This document shows, piece after piece, positions 52,978 to 62,265 of a DNA stretch of 64,000 nt (positions are counted from its first letter, which is position 1; each line of letters opens with the position of its first letter). The translations under genes were made by a program, and so were the position numbers. Below the pieces are notes generated by a model, which ran no database searches, was not told the origin of the DNA, and worked only from the letters and a program-made list of their open reading frames with translations. Origin of the DNA: an uncultured Acidobacteriota bacterium (GTDB lineage: Bacteria; Acidobacteriota; Thermoanaerobaculia; Multivoradales; JAHEKO01); the NCBI GenBank assembly GCA_963713825.1, contig CAVQNG010000003.1:1632001-1696000 (forward strand), written 5' to 3'.

Positions 52978-55900
52978 TCAGCCTGTTTCGGCTTGGCCCA
53001 GCAAGCTCCATCGCTGGCTCGCGTCGGCTGCGAGTGGGTCGGGTGAATCGGCTTCGGTCCTATGCTCGAGGAACCACTCGTAGTTCTCTCGCGCTTCGGC
53101 GACACCGATTGCCTGCTGGGCTCGCGCCAGCCAGTAGTAGGCCTCTGGCAGGTAGCGAAGACTCGGCGTGTCGTAGAAGAAGACGTCGGTCACCTCTCCA
53201 TGGCGCTCTACCGCTAGGTCGAGCTCGGCCATCGCCTCGGGGTAGAGCTCCCTGTCGACGTAGAGCCTGCCGAGGAGAAAGCGAGCGAACCAGGTGTCGC
53301 GCCGCTCGATGCTGTCACGGAACTTCTCGATGGCCTTCGCGTACTGACCCTGGCTTACCGCAACCTCGGCTTCGATGAGACGGGCATAGGCGCTTGTCAA
53401 GGTCTGTAACCGATTGTCGAGCTCCAGTGCGATTGCTTCCGCTTCCGCCACTGATCCGGCGTGAAGAAAAACGAGGGCAGCAGGGAAGACCACGCTCTCG
53501 TGAGAGCTGAGCTCGATGGCCTTGCGTGCCGACTCGATAGCTCCCTTCTTGTCGTCGACCACGAGCAGGGCCTCGGCTGCAGCCACGTAACTCTGGGCCA
53601 GCATCCCAGAGTTGCCAGATTCCTCGTCCTGAACGATGGCCTGTTCCAGGATCTCCAGTGCCTGGCTGAATCCGCCCCGGTACATTTCGAGATCCGCCCT
53701 TCCGAAACTGGCCAGCGACGACCCGTAGGGGCTCGTCTCAGCAAGGAGGTCGTAAACGGAAAGAGCGCTGTCGAACTCATCGCGCGCCAGTCTCGACAAC
53801 GCTACAGGAAGGAACGCGAGCTCGAATGTCGGCACCTGTTCTACAACCCTGGAGCCCTCGGCCTCGGCGGTATCGAAGTCGCCGGCATACATCGAGTACA
53901 TCGCATAGTTGTAGCGGTCCGCCCACTGACCAGGGTAGAGCTCCAATGCCAAACGACCCTCTTCGAGGGCGCGTTGCACGTTGCCGGTGTTCAGATAGGC
54001 CAGCGCGAGGTTGCCGTGCCCTACGTTGTCTGCGGGGTAGAGCTCGACGAGAGTTTCGTAGTTCTCGATCGCCTTCTCGTAGTTGCGCGCCACACTCATG
54101 TAGTAGGTACCGAGCGTGCGGTACTTCTCGCGCTCGCTCATCCGATCGACGAGCTTGAGTGCCTCATCGTAGGCGGCCTTTGTCTTCTCTTCGTCCTTGA
54201 AGATCGTGTAGATGACGCCCATCCCGGCGTAGGCTCGGCCGAAATTCGGGTCGAGCTCGACCGTCTCCTGATAGGCGGCCAGCGCCTCTTCGTTCTTGTT
54301 GGCATCGGCCAGATTCTGCGCCCGAGTGTAGGCCTGTAGGGCCTCGAGCGAGCTTGCCGTGACCGTCTCGGAAGCAGCCAATCTTGCACTCTCGGGCGTC
54401 GAGTCACCAAGACGCTTACGTAGGTCGGAGGCGACACGCGCGACGGCTGACAGAACGTCTTCCCTCGTCTTGGCTGAAGCACTCGCCTTGGCCAGGGGCT
54501 TGGCGTCTTCGGTTTCGAGCGCTGCGTCGAGGGCCTCTACTGCAACGCGATATCCAGATCCCTTCTCGCTCACTGTTCCAGCCAAGACCACGTCGATCCC
54601 TTCGCGGCGCGAAATCAACTGCGCCATCTCTTCGTCGAGGCCACTCCCTGGCTGCAGCTCCTTCGCTGTATCGAGTGCGCTGGATCGCGAATAGGCGCTG
54701 ATGAAGCCGGCACCCTCCATGGCGATGGTGAGAGCCTGCTCGAGGGCGGAGTCGAAAGCCTGGTCTCCTGTCTCGTTCTGAAAGTCGGCAACGAGTATCG
54801 ACATGGGTTCCGGCGCCTCTTCTGGTGCGCGCGTTCGGGCAAACCAGAAGGTACCGGCCAGCAGAGCGACCACGATAGTGGCTGCCGTCGCCATCAGTTT
54901 CCAGGTCAGGGTTCTTTTGACCGGCTTCAGGGTGCCGTCATCGTCGAGAAGGTCGAGCGCCTGTTCGAGCTCCTTGGTGGTTTGGAATCGCTCGTTCGGG
55001 TCCGTCTCCAGACAGTGCGAAACGAGTTGCTCGAGCGGCTCGGGGATCTCCGGATCGACCTCTCGCAGTGGGGGAGGGGACTCCTTGGTTCGCTTCTGTA
55101 CCTCGGCAACCGCACTGTGGCCGCTCTTGGCCCGCCTCTTGCCGGCCAGCATGTCGTAGAGGATCAGCCCCATGGTGTAGAGGTCGGACCGTTGGTCGGC
55201 GACCTCGCCCCGGAACTGCTCGGGGGCCATGTACTCGAAGGTGCCGACGATGGCCCCAGCCACCGTGTGGCCGTGTACGGGAGTCGTTGTCGTGGGAGTC
55301 GGGATGTCACCGTCAGGAAGCGCTTTCTTGACCACCTCACTCGCCGAGCGAGCGATGCCGAAGTCCATGATGTAGGCGTTGCTGTCTGCCTTGGCGATCA
55401 TGATGTTCGCCGGCTTCATGTCGCGATGGACGACGCCGGCCTCGTGCGCGACGACCAGTCCGGAGACCACGTCGCGGGTGATCTGCAGCGCCTGAGGAAT
55501 CGGCAGCTTGCCTTCCCGTTTGATGATCGAGGACAGATCCTCGCCCTCGATGAAGGACATGGTGATGTACTTGATGCCCTCCATCTCGCCCAGGTCGTGA
55601 ATCCGCACGACGTTTTTGTGGGTGACCTCGCGGGCCAGGAGAAGCTCGCGCTTGAACCGCTGATCCAGCTCGGCGGCCATCTTGGGGTCAGAGGCGGCCT
55701 CGGGTCGAATGACCTTGATTGCGACCACGATCTCCAGCTCTGTGTCCCAGGCCTGATAGACGGCCCCCATGCCGCCCAACCCCAGGAGCTTGATGATGTG
55801 ATAGCGGTTGCCGAAGTTCTGGCCCGACTCGAGGGGCCCGTTGTCCTGCTTGGCCCTGGGTGGGGAAGGGGAGGGCTTGCCTGCGAGTAGCGTCGCATCC

Positions 55901-56205
55901 TCGCCCATCAGTTGTGTGGCATCTTCGTCCATCAGGACCGTGCCGTCTTCAGGGCGATCCGTCTCGTCTTGTGGCCCCGAGTCCTCGGTGGTTGGAGCCT
56001 CGATGACCGTCGCACCCTCGCCTGCGAACAGGGTCTCTTCGTGATCCTCTGAAGCGAGAAATTGAGTCTTATCCTCAGAGCCATCGGGCGTAGGGATCTC
56101 GGTCTCCCGCTCGCGGAACAGCGTGTCCAGGCCGATTGCGGCGCTGCAATCCGGACATCGGCCTTCGGCAGGCTCTATTTCGCTGGCACAGTGTGGGCAG
56201 ATCAT
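52978..56205 (-). CDS. transmembrane Hanks-type Ser/Thr kinase with N-terminal zinc ribbon and TolB-like/TPR region after the TM
   Basis: CPHC..CPDC; GLGGMGAVY, HRDMKPAN, MDFG, GTFEYMAPE; TM LMATAATIVVALLAGTFWFA; SILVADFQNETGD; TPRs. Confidence 0.92.
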   Translation of the reverse strand: MICPHCASEIEPAEGRCPDCSAAIGLDTLFRERETEIPTPDGSEDKTQFLASEDHEETLFAGEGATVIEAPTTEDSGPQDETDRPEDGTVLMDEDATQLMGEDATLLAGKPSPSPPRAKQDNGPLESGQNFGNRYHIIKLLGLGGMGAVYQAWDTELEIVVAIKVIRPEAASDPKMAAELDQRFKRELLLAREVTHKNVVRIHDLGEMEGIKYITMSFIEGEDLSSIIKREGKLPIPQALQITRDVVSGLVVAHEAGVVHRDMKPANIMIAKADSNAYIMDFGIARSASEVVKKALPDGDIPTPTTTTPVHGHTVAGAIVGTFEYMAPEQFRGEVADQRSDLYTMGLILYDMLAGKRRAKSGHSAVAEVQKRTKESPPPLREVDPEIPEPLEQLVSHCLETDPNERFQTTKELEQALDLLDDDGTLKPVKRTLTWKLMATAATIVVALLAGTFWFARTRAPEEAPEPMSILVADFQNETGDQAFDSALEQALTIAMEGAGFISAYSRSSALDTAKELQPGSGLDEEMAQLISRREGIDVVLAGTVSEKGSGYRVAVEALDAALETEDAKPLAKASASAKTREDVLSAVARVASDLRKRLGDSTPESARLAASETVTASSLEALQAYTRAQNLADANKNEEALAAYQETVELDPNFGRAYAGMGVIYTIFKDEEKTKAAYDEALKLVDRMSEREKYRTLGTYYMSVARNYEKAIENYETLVELYPADNVGHGNLALAYLNTGNVQRALEEGRLALELYPGQWADRYNYAMYSMYAGDFDTAEAEGSRVVEQVPTFELAFLPVALSRLARDEFDSALSVYDLLAETSPYGSSLASFGRADLEMYRGGFSQALEILEQAIVQDEESGNSGMLAQSYVAAAEALLVVDDKKGAIESARKAIELSSHESVVFPAALVFLHAGSVAEAEAIALELDNRLQTLTSAYARLIEAEVAVSQGQYAKAIEKFRDSIERRDTWFARFLLGRLYVDRELYPEAMAELDLAVERHGEVTDVFFYDTPSLRYLPEAYYWLARAQQAIGVAEARENYEWFLEHRTEADSPDPLAADASQRWSLLGQAETG

Positions 56206-56431
56206 CGAGGTATGAAAGGTACTTTATCCGCCAGCCTCACCAGCAGTCCACAGGTATCGAGCTCCTTGGAGCAGCGCGATCCAGGTTCGAGCGACGGAAC
56301 GACCCGGGGGTAGAGAAAGCAACCCGTGGGGCATAACATAGCCCTCGCAACGGTTTCGACACTTCAAGTCAATTCCAATCAAAGGAATCAACCTCTCATC
56401 AGCCCAACTTCCCGGGGGGAGAACTCATCTC

Positions 56432-59400
56432 ATGAAGCGCTTTTTAGGGATCATCGTCGCCATCGCGCTGGTATTGCCGTTCAACGTCGCAGCACAAGAA
56501 GCGGAGGAGGACAACGGCTCCGTTCTGAAGGCTGGGACCTTCGCGGGACTCGAGTTACGAGGCATCGGGCCAGCCCTGATGTCGGGTCGTATCGCCGACG
56601 TGGCGCTCAACCCGGAGGACCCTTCCATTTGGTATGTCGCGGTAGGTAGCGGCGGCGTCTGGAAGACCGAGAACGCAGGTACGACCTGGGAGTCGATCTT
56701 CGATGGCCAGGAGTCGTATTCGATCGGCTGTTTGAGGCTCGACCCGAACAACTCGAACACGGTGTGGGTCGGTACTGGAGAGAACGTCGGTGGCCGCCAT
56801 GTCGGTTATGGAGACGGTGTCTATCGGAGCCTCGATGGCGGACAGACCTGGAAGAACATGGGTTTGAAGGAGTCGGAGCACATCGGCACCATCCTCGTCG
56901 ATCCTCGTGATTCGAATGTCATTTATGTCGCATCCCAGGGTCCCCTGTGGTCGGGTGGCGGCGATCGTGGCCTCTACAAGTCGATCGATGGCGGTGAGAA
57001 CTGGGAAAAGATCCTCGGCGGTGGCGAGTACACCGGTGCCAACGAAGTGGCCATGGATCCGAGCAATCCGGACGTCCTGTACGCCGCCATGCATCAGCGG
57101 TTCCGCACCGTGGCCGCGCTCATCGATGGAGGCCCAGAGAGCGCCATCCACAAGTCCACCGATGCCGGCGCGACCTGGCGCAAGCTGGAGAGTGGACTGC
57201 CCAAAGAGGACATGGGCAAGATCGGCCTCGCAATCTCGCCCCAGAAACCCAATGTCGTTTACGCCACCATCGAGCTGGCCTGGCGCAAAGGTGGGTTCTA
57301 TCGCTCCGAAGATGGTGGGGAGAGCTGGGAGAAACGAAGCGACTATCTGTCGGGTGGTACCGGTCCCCACTATTACCAGGAGATCTTCGCCAGTCCGCAC
57401 TACTTCGATCGTGTCTACCAGATGGATCCGGACATGCACGTGACCTACGACGGCGGCAAGACCTTCGTGCCGCTCGGGGAGAAGGACAAGCACGGCGACA
57501 ACCACTCCATCAATTTCCATCCCACGGATAGCGAGTACGTGCTGGTCGGCAGCGATGGGGGGCTCTACGAATCCTGGGATCACGGCCAGAACTGGAAGTT
57601 CATCGCCAATCTGCCGATCACACAGTTCTACAAAGTGGCGGTCGACTACGACGAGCCCTTCTACAACGTCTACGGTGGCACCCAGGACAACAACTCCCAG
57701 GGTGGGCCATCGCGCACGGACAATATTCACGGCATCCGTAACAGTGACTGGTTCATCACGTTGTTTGGCGACGGCCATCAGTCCGCCGTCGATCCGACGA
57801 ACCCCGATATCGTCTACGCTCAGTGGCAACAGGCCAATCTGGTTCGCTACGATCGCAAGACCGGCGAAATCGTCTACATCCAGCCGCAGCCGGGCAAGGG
57901 TGAGCCAGCCGAGCGCTGGAACTGGGACAGCCCGATCCTGATCAGTCCCCACGATCCGGCACGGCTCTACTTCGCCAGTCAGCGGGTATGGCGCAGCGAC
58001 GATCGCGGTGACAGCTGGCAGCCCATCAGCGGCGACCTGTCCCTCGGTCAAGATCGGATCACCATGCCCATGATGGGACGCGTCTGGTCGGTGGATGCCA
58101 TCTGGGATCTGTGGGCCATGTCCAACTTCGGCAATGTGACATCGCTAGCAGAATCGCCTCTCCAGGAAGGACTGATCTATGCCGGCACCGATGACGGCCT
58201 GATTCAAGTGACCGACGATGGCGGCGCCAATTGGCGGCGGGTCGGTGTGCCCGGCATTCCGGATGGCAGCTTCGTGAACGACGTCAAGGCCGACCTCTAC
58301 GATGTAGACACGGTCTACGCTGCCTTTTCTAACGACAAGACGGGCGATTTCGCCCCTTATCTCGTCAAGAGCACGGATCGAGGTCGGACCTGGAGGTCGA
58401 TGGCCGGCGATCTGCCGGATAGGCACCTGGTCTGGCGCATCGTGCAGGATCATGAGAAGGCCGACCTGTTCTTCGCCGGCACCGAGTTTGGCATCTTCTT
58501 CACCATCGACGGTGGGAGCCAGTGGATCCAGCTGTCCGGCAACGCCCCGACGATTCCCTTCCGCGATCTGGTGATCCAGAAGCGGGAGAACGATCTGGTC
58601 GGCGCTTCGTTCGGTCGCAGCTTCTGGATTCTGGACGACTACTCACCGCTGCGCTCCGTGACCGAGCAGTTGCTGGAGGAGCCGGCGACACTGTTCCCCG
58701 TTCGTGACACTTGGTGGTACATCCAGCGGCGGCCCCTGGGGGGTGGAGAAAAGGCGAATCAGGGAACGGCCTTTTTTACGGCTCCCAATCCGCCGTTCGG
58801 TGCGGTATTCACCTACTACCTCAAGGACGGGCTGCAGACCCAGAAAGCAATCCGGCAGGAGGCGGAGAAGGAAACTGCCAAGGAGGGTGGCGACACTCTC
58901 TATCCCGGCTGGGACGCGCTTCAAGAGGAAGCTAGAGAAGAAGACCCGGCAATCGTGCTGATCGTCCGGGACTCGAGTGGCAATGTGGTGCGACGGGTGA
59001 CAGGTCCGAGCGGAGCTGGCTTCCATCGGGTGGCCTGGGATCTGCACTATCCCAAAACCGACGCGATCACCAGCCTGGAGCCGGGCGAAAGCTGGATGCC
59101 CAGCTTCGGTCCTCTGTCTGTACCTGGTACCTACACCGTGACCCTGGCCCAGCGCTTAGCGGGGGAGGTCACGCCTCTCGGCGAACCGCAGAGCTTCGAG
59201 GTGAAGCAGATGAAGAAGGGCACACTGCCAGGGTCGTCGCCCGAGGCAGCGGTGGCCTTCTCGCGCGAGCTGGCCGAGACCAAGAGGCAGGCGCAGGGTG
59301 TGGCCGAGATCTTCGAAGCCACGGGTGAGCAGCTCAAGCTCATCAAGCACGCCTTGATGCAATCCACGGTGAGCGACGCCTCGCTCGACGACGAGGTCAG

Positions 59401-59707
59401 GGCGTTGGAGCAGAGGTTGTTCGATCTGAGGGCGCTGGCTGTCGGTAACGAGGTTCAGGACCAACTCGGTGAGCCGGTTCCGCACACCATCGAGCGACGA
59501 CTCTCAGCGGCTTCCATCGGCACCATGATGTCCACCTACGGCCCGACGGCCGACCATCGCAAGACCCTCGATATCGCTCAGGAGGAACTGGCGGAGGTCA
59601 GCGCTGGTCTGGCGCAGCTCGTGGACGTCGATCTCCCAGCCTTCGAGCAGAAGCTCGAGGCAGCGGGAGTGCCCTGGACACCGGGGCGTGGAGTACCGGG
59701 TCTGTAG
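56432..59707 (+). CDS. secreted VPS10/BNR-repeat glycosyl hydrolase-like protein (close paralog of 28733-32056)
   Basis: GPALMSGRIAD, Asp-boxes, GTQDN, ASFGRS, ends WTPGR. Confidence 0.85.
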   Translation: MKRFLGIIVAIALVLPFNVAAQEAEEDNGSVLKAGTFAGLELRGIGPALMSGRIADVALNPEDPSIWYVAVGSGGVWKTENAGTTWESIFDGQESYSIGCLRLDPNNSNTVWVGTGENVGGRHVGYGDGVYRSLDGGQTWKNMGLKESEHIGTILVDPRDSNVIYVASQGPLWSGGGDRGLYKSIDGGENWEKILGGGEYTGANEVAMDPSNPDVLYAAMHQRFRTVAALIDGGPESAIHKSTDAGATWRKLESGLPKEDMGKIGLAISPQKPNVVYATIELAWRKGGFYRSEDGGESWEKRSDYLSGGTGPHYYQEIFASPHYFDRVYQMDPDMHVTYDGGKTFVPLGEKDKHGDNHSINFHPTDSEYVLVGSDGGLYESWDHGQNWKFIANLPITQFYKVAVDYDEPFYNVYGGTQDNNSQGGPSRTDNIHGIRNSDWFITLFGDGHQSAVDPTNPDIVYAQWQQANLVRYDRKTGEIVYIQPQPGKGEPAERWNWDSPILISPHDPARLYFASQRVWRSDDRGDSWQPISGDLSLGQDRITMPMMGRVWSVDAIWDLWAMSNFGNVTSLAESPLQEGLIYAGTDDGLIQVTDDGGANWRRVGVPGIPDGSFVNDVKADLYDVDTVYAAFSNDKTGDFAPYLVKSTDRGRTWRSMAGDLPDRHLVWRIVQDHEKADLFFAGTEFGIFFTIDGGSQWIQLSGNAPTIPFRDLVIQKRENDLVGASFGRSFWILDDYSPLRSVTEQLLEEPATLFPVRDTWWYIQRRPLGGGEKANQGTAFFTAPNPPFGAVFTYYLKDGLQTQKAIRQEAEKETAKEGGDTLYPGWDALQEEAREEDPAIVLIVRDSSGNVVRRVTGPSGAGFHRVAWDLHYPKTDAITSLEPGESWMPSFGPLSVPGTYTVTLAQRLAGEVTPLGEPQSFEVKQMKKGTLPGSSPEAAVAFSRELAETKRQAQGVAEIFEATGEQLKLIKHALMQSTVSDASLDDEVRALEQRLFDLRALAVGNEVQDQLGEPVPHTIERRLSAASIGTMMSTYGPTADHRKTLDIAQEELAEVSAGLAQLVDVDLPAFEQKLEAAGVPWTPGRGVPGL

Positions 59708-59730
59708 GTCGCGCGGTGCTTGCGACCTGA

Positions 59731-59766
59731 GGGCGTAGGGGCTTAGGGGCGTAGGGGCTTAAGGGG
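59731..59766 (+). repeat. G-rich octamer tandem repeat (GGGGCKTA)
   Basis: GGGCGTA GGGGCTTA GGGGCGTA GGGGCTTA AGGGG. Confidence 0.85.
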
Positions 59767-59805
59767 TCCCCCTCCTGCTCGCCTGTTCTTCCACGACCGA
59801 TGAAA

Positions 59806-60048
59806 CTAGTGGGAGGTCCGTTCGGGTGGCTCGCAGGCGGACGGTGGCGGCTACTCAGACTGCAATGGGGGGCCGCCACCTCGTCTCGTCATCGCGCCCC
59901 ATCTCCTGCGACCTATCAAGGACCTGGCGCTGCGCTCGACTCGGCGCCCCCTGTCGAGTCACCCGAACGAACCTCTGGCACCGGTATGTCGGCTGAGGCC
60001 TCAGAGCTGCCGTGGCTGACCCTAGAAGAGGATGTGACATCCCACTAG
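59806..60048. mobile_element. MITE-like non-autonomous element flanked by CTAG (IS630-like)
   Basis: Terminal IRs CTAGTGGGAGGTC / GACATCCCACTAG (12/13); internal 25-bp IR at 59813-59837 and 59950-59975; no transposase. Confidence 0.6.
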
Positions 60049-60875
60049 TTGGCCCCGGATTTGAGGTCCATCTGGAGTACCGTCGGCACCGGTCGCCCGT
60101 CAAGGGTTGCCGGCTTGAACCTCCAACTGGCAAGGGCTTCCAAGGTGCGGTACACCATGGTGATGTCACCAGCCGCGCCCAGCACTTTCGGTCGATAGAG
60201 TCGACCATCTAGAGCAACTGTGCACTCGACGATGACCCGAGAATCGTTTTGACTCAGTCTGGCGGAGGGTAGGTTGGGCCTAGGGTTATGGACCCTCTTC
60301 GGAGGCACATATTTCTCGTCGGAGTGGTCCATTGCGAAGATTTCGGCAGGAGACAGAACCTCCCCTTGGTCTTCGACGATAGTGATGGGATCGGGCAGAG
60401 GATAGGCGAGCGCGAGACTGTCCCTGCGCAACGCCGCTGCGACAGATGATCCGTATCGGTCAAGGTCCAAATTCGCGACCTCCGGGAAGAGCTGCTGAGA
60501 AACCTCCCACATGAACAGCGCTTCATGCTCGTTGCCGAGGCCTGCGCGAGCAATAGCATCAAAGGAGGCCAACATGCCAATCAGGCCTTCACCTTGGCCG
60601 ACAACGGTTGTGAACAGCTTCCTTTGGAGACGTCGAACCCTCTTGTCTGCCTTCTTCCAATCATGAGCGAGAAGAAGTTCATCGATCTCTTGAATCTCGT
60701 CCTTGACAGCGTCGATTCCGGCGCCGGCAAGAGTACTGTTCGCCAGCAGCAGGGGAATGAGAGCGCAAGCTAGAAGGACCCACTGGCAGCGCCTCGCGTC
60801 TCGGAGAGATCTCGCAGACATCGGCAAGAGAGCCACGATCGTCACGCTAACAACAGCGCAGTGGTGACACACCAC
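60045..60875 (-). CDS. TonB C-terminal domain protein
   Basis: PPKRVHNPRP..VIVECTVALDG..ALASWRFKPATLDGRPVP; start uncertain. Confidence 0.75.
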   Translation of the reverse strand: MVCHHCAVVSVTIVALLPMSARSLRDARRCQWVLLACALIPLLLANSTLAGAGIDAVKDEIQEIDELLLAHDWKKADKRVRRLQRKLFTTVVGQGEGLIGMLASFDAIARAGLGNEHEALFMWEVSQQLFPEVANLDLDRYGSSVAAALRRDSLALAYPLPDPITIVEDQGEVLSPAEIFAMDHSDEKYVPPKRVHNPRPNLPSARLSQNDSRVIVECTVALDGRLYRPKVLGAAGDITMVYRTLEALASWRFKPATLDGRPVPTVLQMDLKSGAN

Positions 60876-60970
60876 CCCTTCGGGTGGTGACGGTTCAGGG
60901 GCGACCCACCGGGCTGTCGTTTCCTCCTGGCCTATACTCGGGCCAGGTTCTCGATTGGGAGGTGGCGGAA

Positions 60971-61456
60971 TTGCGTTGGAAACGGCTCGTTCTTGTTGTT
61001 GCCCTAGGTCTGCTGGCGGCGGCCTGTTTCTACGCCGGCTGGCTGACTGGCAGTCTGCGGAAGTTCGGCTGGATGCTCGAGGTTCAAGAAGCCGAGGTCA
61101 CAGGCTCCCTCGATCATGAGGTGACTGCGCTGGCCTTTATCCGAGCCGGTGAGTCGGGCAAGGCCATTCATCTCTTGGAGACAAGGGTTGGCACGGCAGC
61201 GACCACCCTGCCACAGGGCCGCGAGTGGGTGGAACTAGGGGAGAGCCAGCGGCAGAGCCTGCTTCTGGCCAAGAAGTACTTTGCGAGGTTCCCGCCTCAG
61301 CCACAGTCCCAGTCCGGAGAGTCACTCGAACACCTTCACGAAGCGCTGCAGTGGATTCCCGACGAACCGCTCGACCCGGGGTCATGCAACCCGGCAGTCC
61401 GCCTCTTCCTGGAAGGCAATCTCGCAGGCGGCGGCTCACCGAGTCGAGCAGAGTAA
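60971..61456 (+). CDS. hypothetical membrane-anchored protein
   Basis: GGAGG RBS, TTG start, N-terminal TM helix. Confidence 0.55.
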   Translation: MRWKRLVLVVALGLLAAACFYAGWLTGSLRKFGWMLEVQEAEVTGSLDHEVTALAFIRAGESGKAIHLLETRVGTAATTLPQGREWVELGESQRQSLLLAKKYFARFPPQPQSQSGESLEHLHEALQWIPDEPLDPGSCNPAVRLFLEGNLAGGGSPSRAE

Positions 61457-61477
61457 GCCGCCACATGCGTAGATCTG

Positions 61478-62110
61478 CTACTTGTTGAACTTCTGAAGCC
61501 GTCGCGCGGCTTCCTCTTTGTCGTAAGCGTAGAAGTAGGTCATCCCGTCCACGAAGATCTCATGCGAGCCGTTGGCGGTGCTGAACTTGGCCTGGACCGT
61601 TTCCATGCCCTTGCGCTCGACGCCGACCCTCTGGGGGTGCCAGCGAAGCTTCATCTCCATGTCGGGGAACTCGAGAATGGTGATCTTGTTGCCGTTGGTC
61701 AGGGTTTGCTCGATGAGCTCACATCGAAATCGGTGCATCTTCCCGTCCCCGGTTCCGGTCCAGCCACAGAGGGTGTCGAACCTGTCTTCCGTTGCGACAC
61801 CGATTGGCTCTCCGCCATTGTCTTCCCCACAGTCGGCATCAGGTGCGTACTCGATGGAGGCGTATAGGCCATTCGTGGTGCGCACCTTGACACAATGGCC
61901 CGACCGGTTGTCCTTCCAGAACGAGTAGGAGCTGAAATCGTCCTTCTCCGTCCGTACGTGGGTGTAGCCGCGCTGCTGCATCTGGTATTCCCCGTCTCTA
62001 CCGCGGGCTCCCTTGAGATCCTGCAGATGGGAAACCGGATCCTGGGCATAGAGACTGGTAGCCGCCGCGAGGGCGATTATCCAAAGGGCAGTAGTCCTGA
62101 TCGAAGTCAT
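61478..62110 (-). CDS. secreted hypothetical protein
   Basis: GAGGAG RBS, signal peptide, four Cys. Confidence 0.7.
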   Translation of the reverse strand: MTSIRTTALWIIALAAATSLYAQDPVSHLQDLKGARGRDGEYQMQQRGYTHVRTEKDDFSSYSFWKDNRSGHCVKVRTTNGLYASIEYAPDADCGEDNGGEPIGVATEDRFDTLCGWTGTGDGKMHRFRCELIEQTLTNGNKITILEFPDMEMKLRWHPQRVGVERKGMETVQAKFSTANGSHEIFVDGMTYFYAYDKEEAARRLQKFNK

Positions 62111-62178
62111 TCTGTTCTCTCCTCGTTCGATTTGGTGGCGAATCGTAGCACATCAACCCAGGGCCCACGTCCCAAGCC

Positions 62179-62265
62179 CTCAAAGGCCAGCCGGAGGCAC
62201 GACGGCTGGTTCAACCCCAAGCCTCCACGAATCGGTCGGAAGGTACGCCCGACCGCCTCAACCTC
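62179..62265 (-). repeat. tandem pair of REP-like hairpins
   Basis: Minus strand GAGGTTGAGGCGGTCGGGCGTACCTTCCGACCG and GGGTTGAACCAGCCGTCGTGCCTCCGGCTGGCCTTTGAG. Confidence 0.6.
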
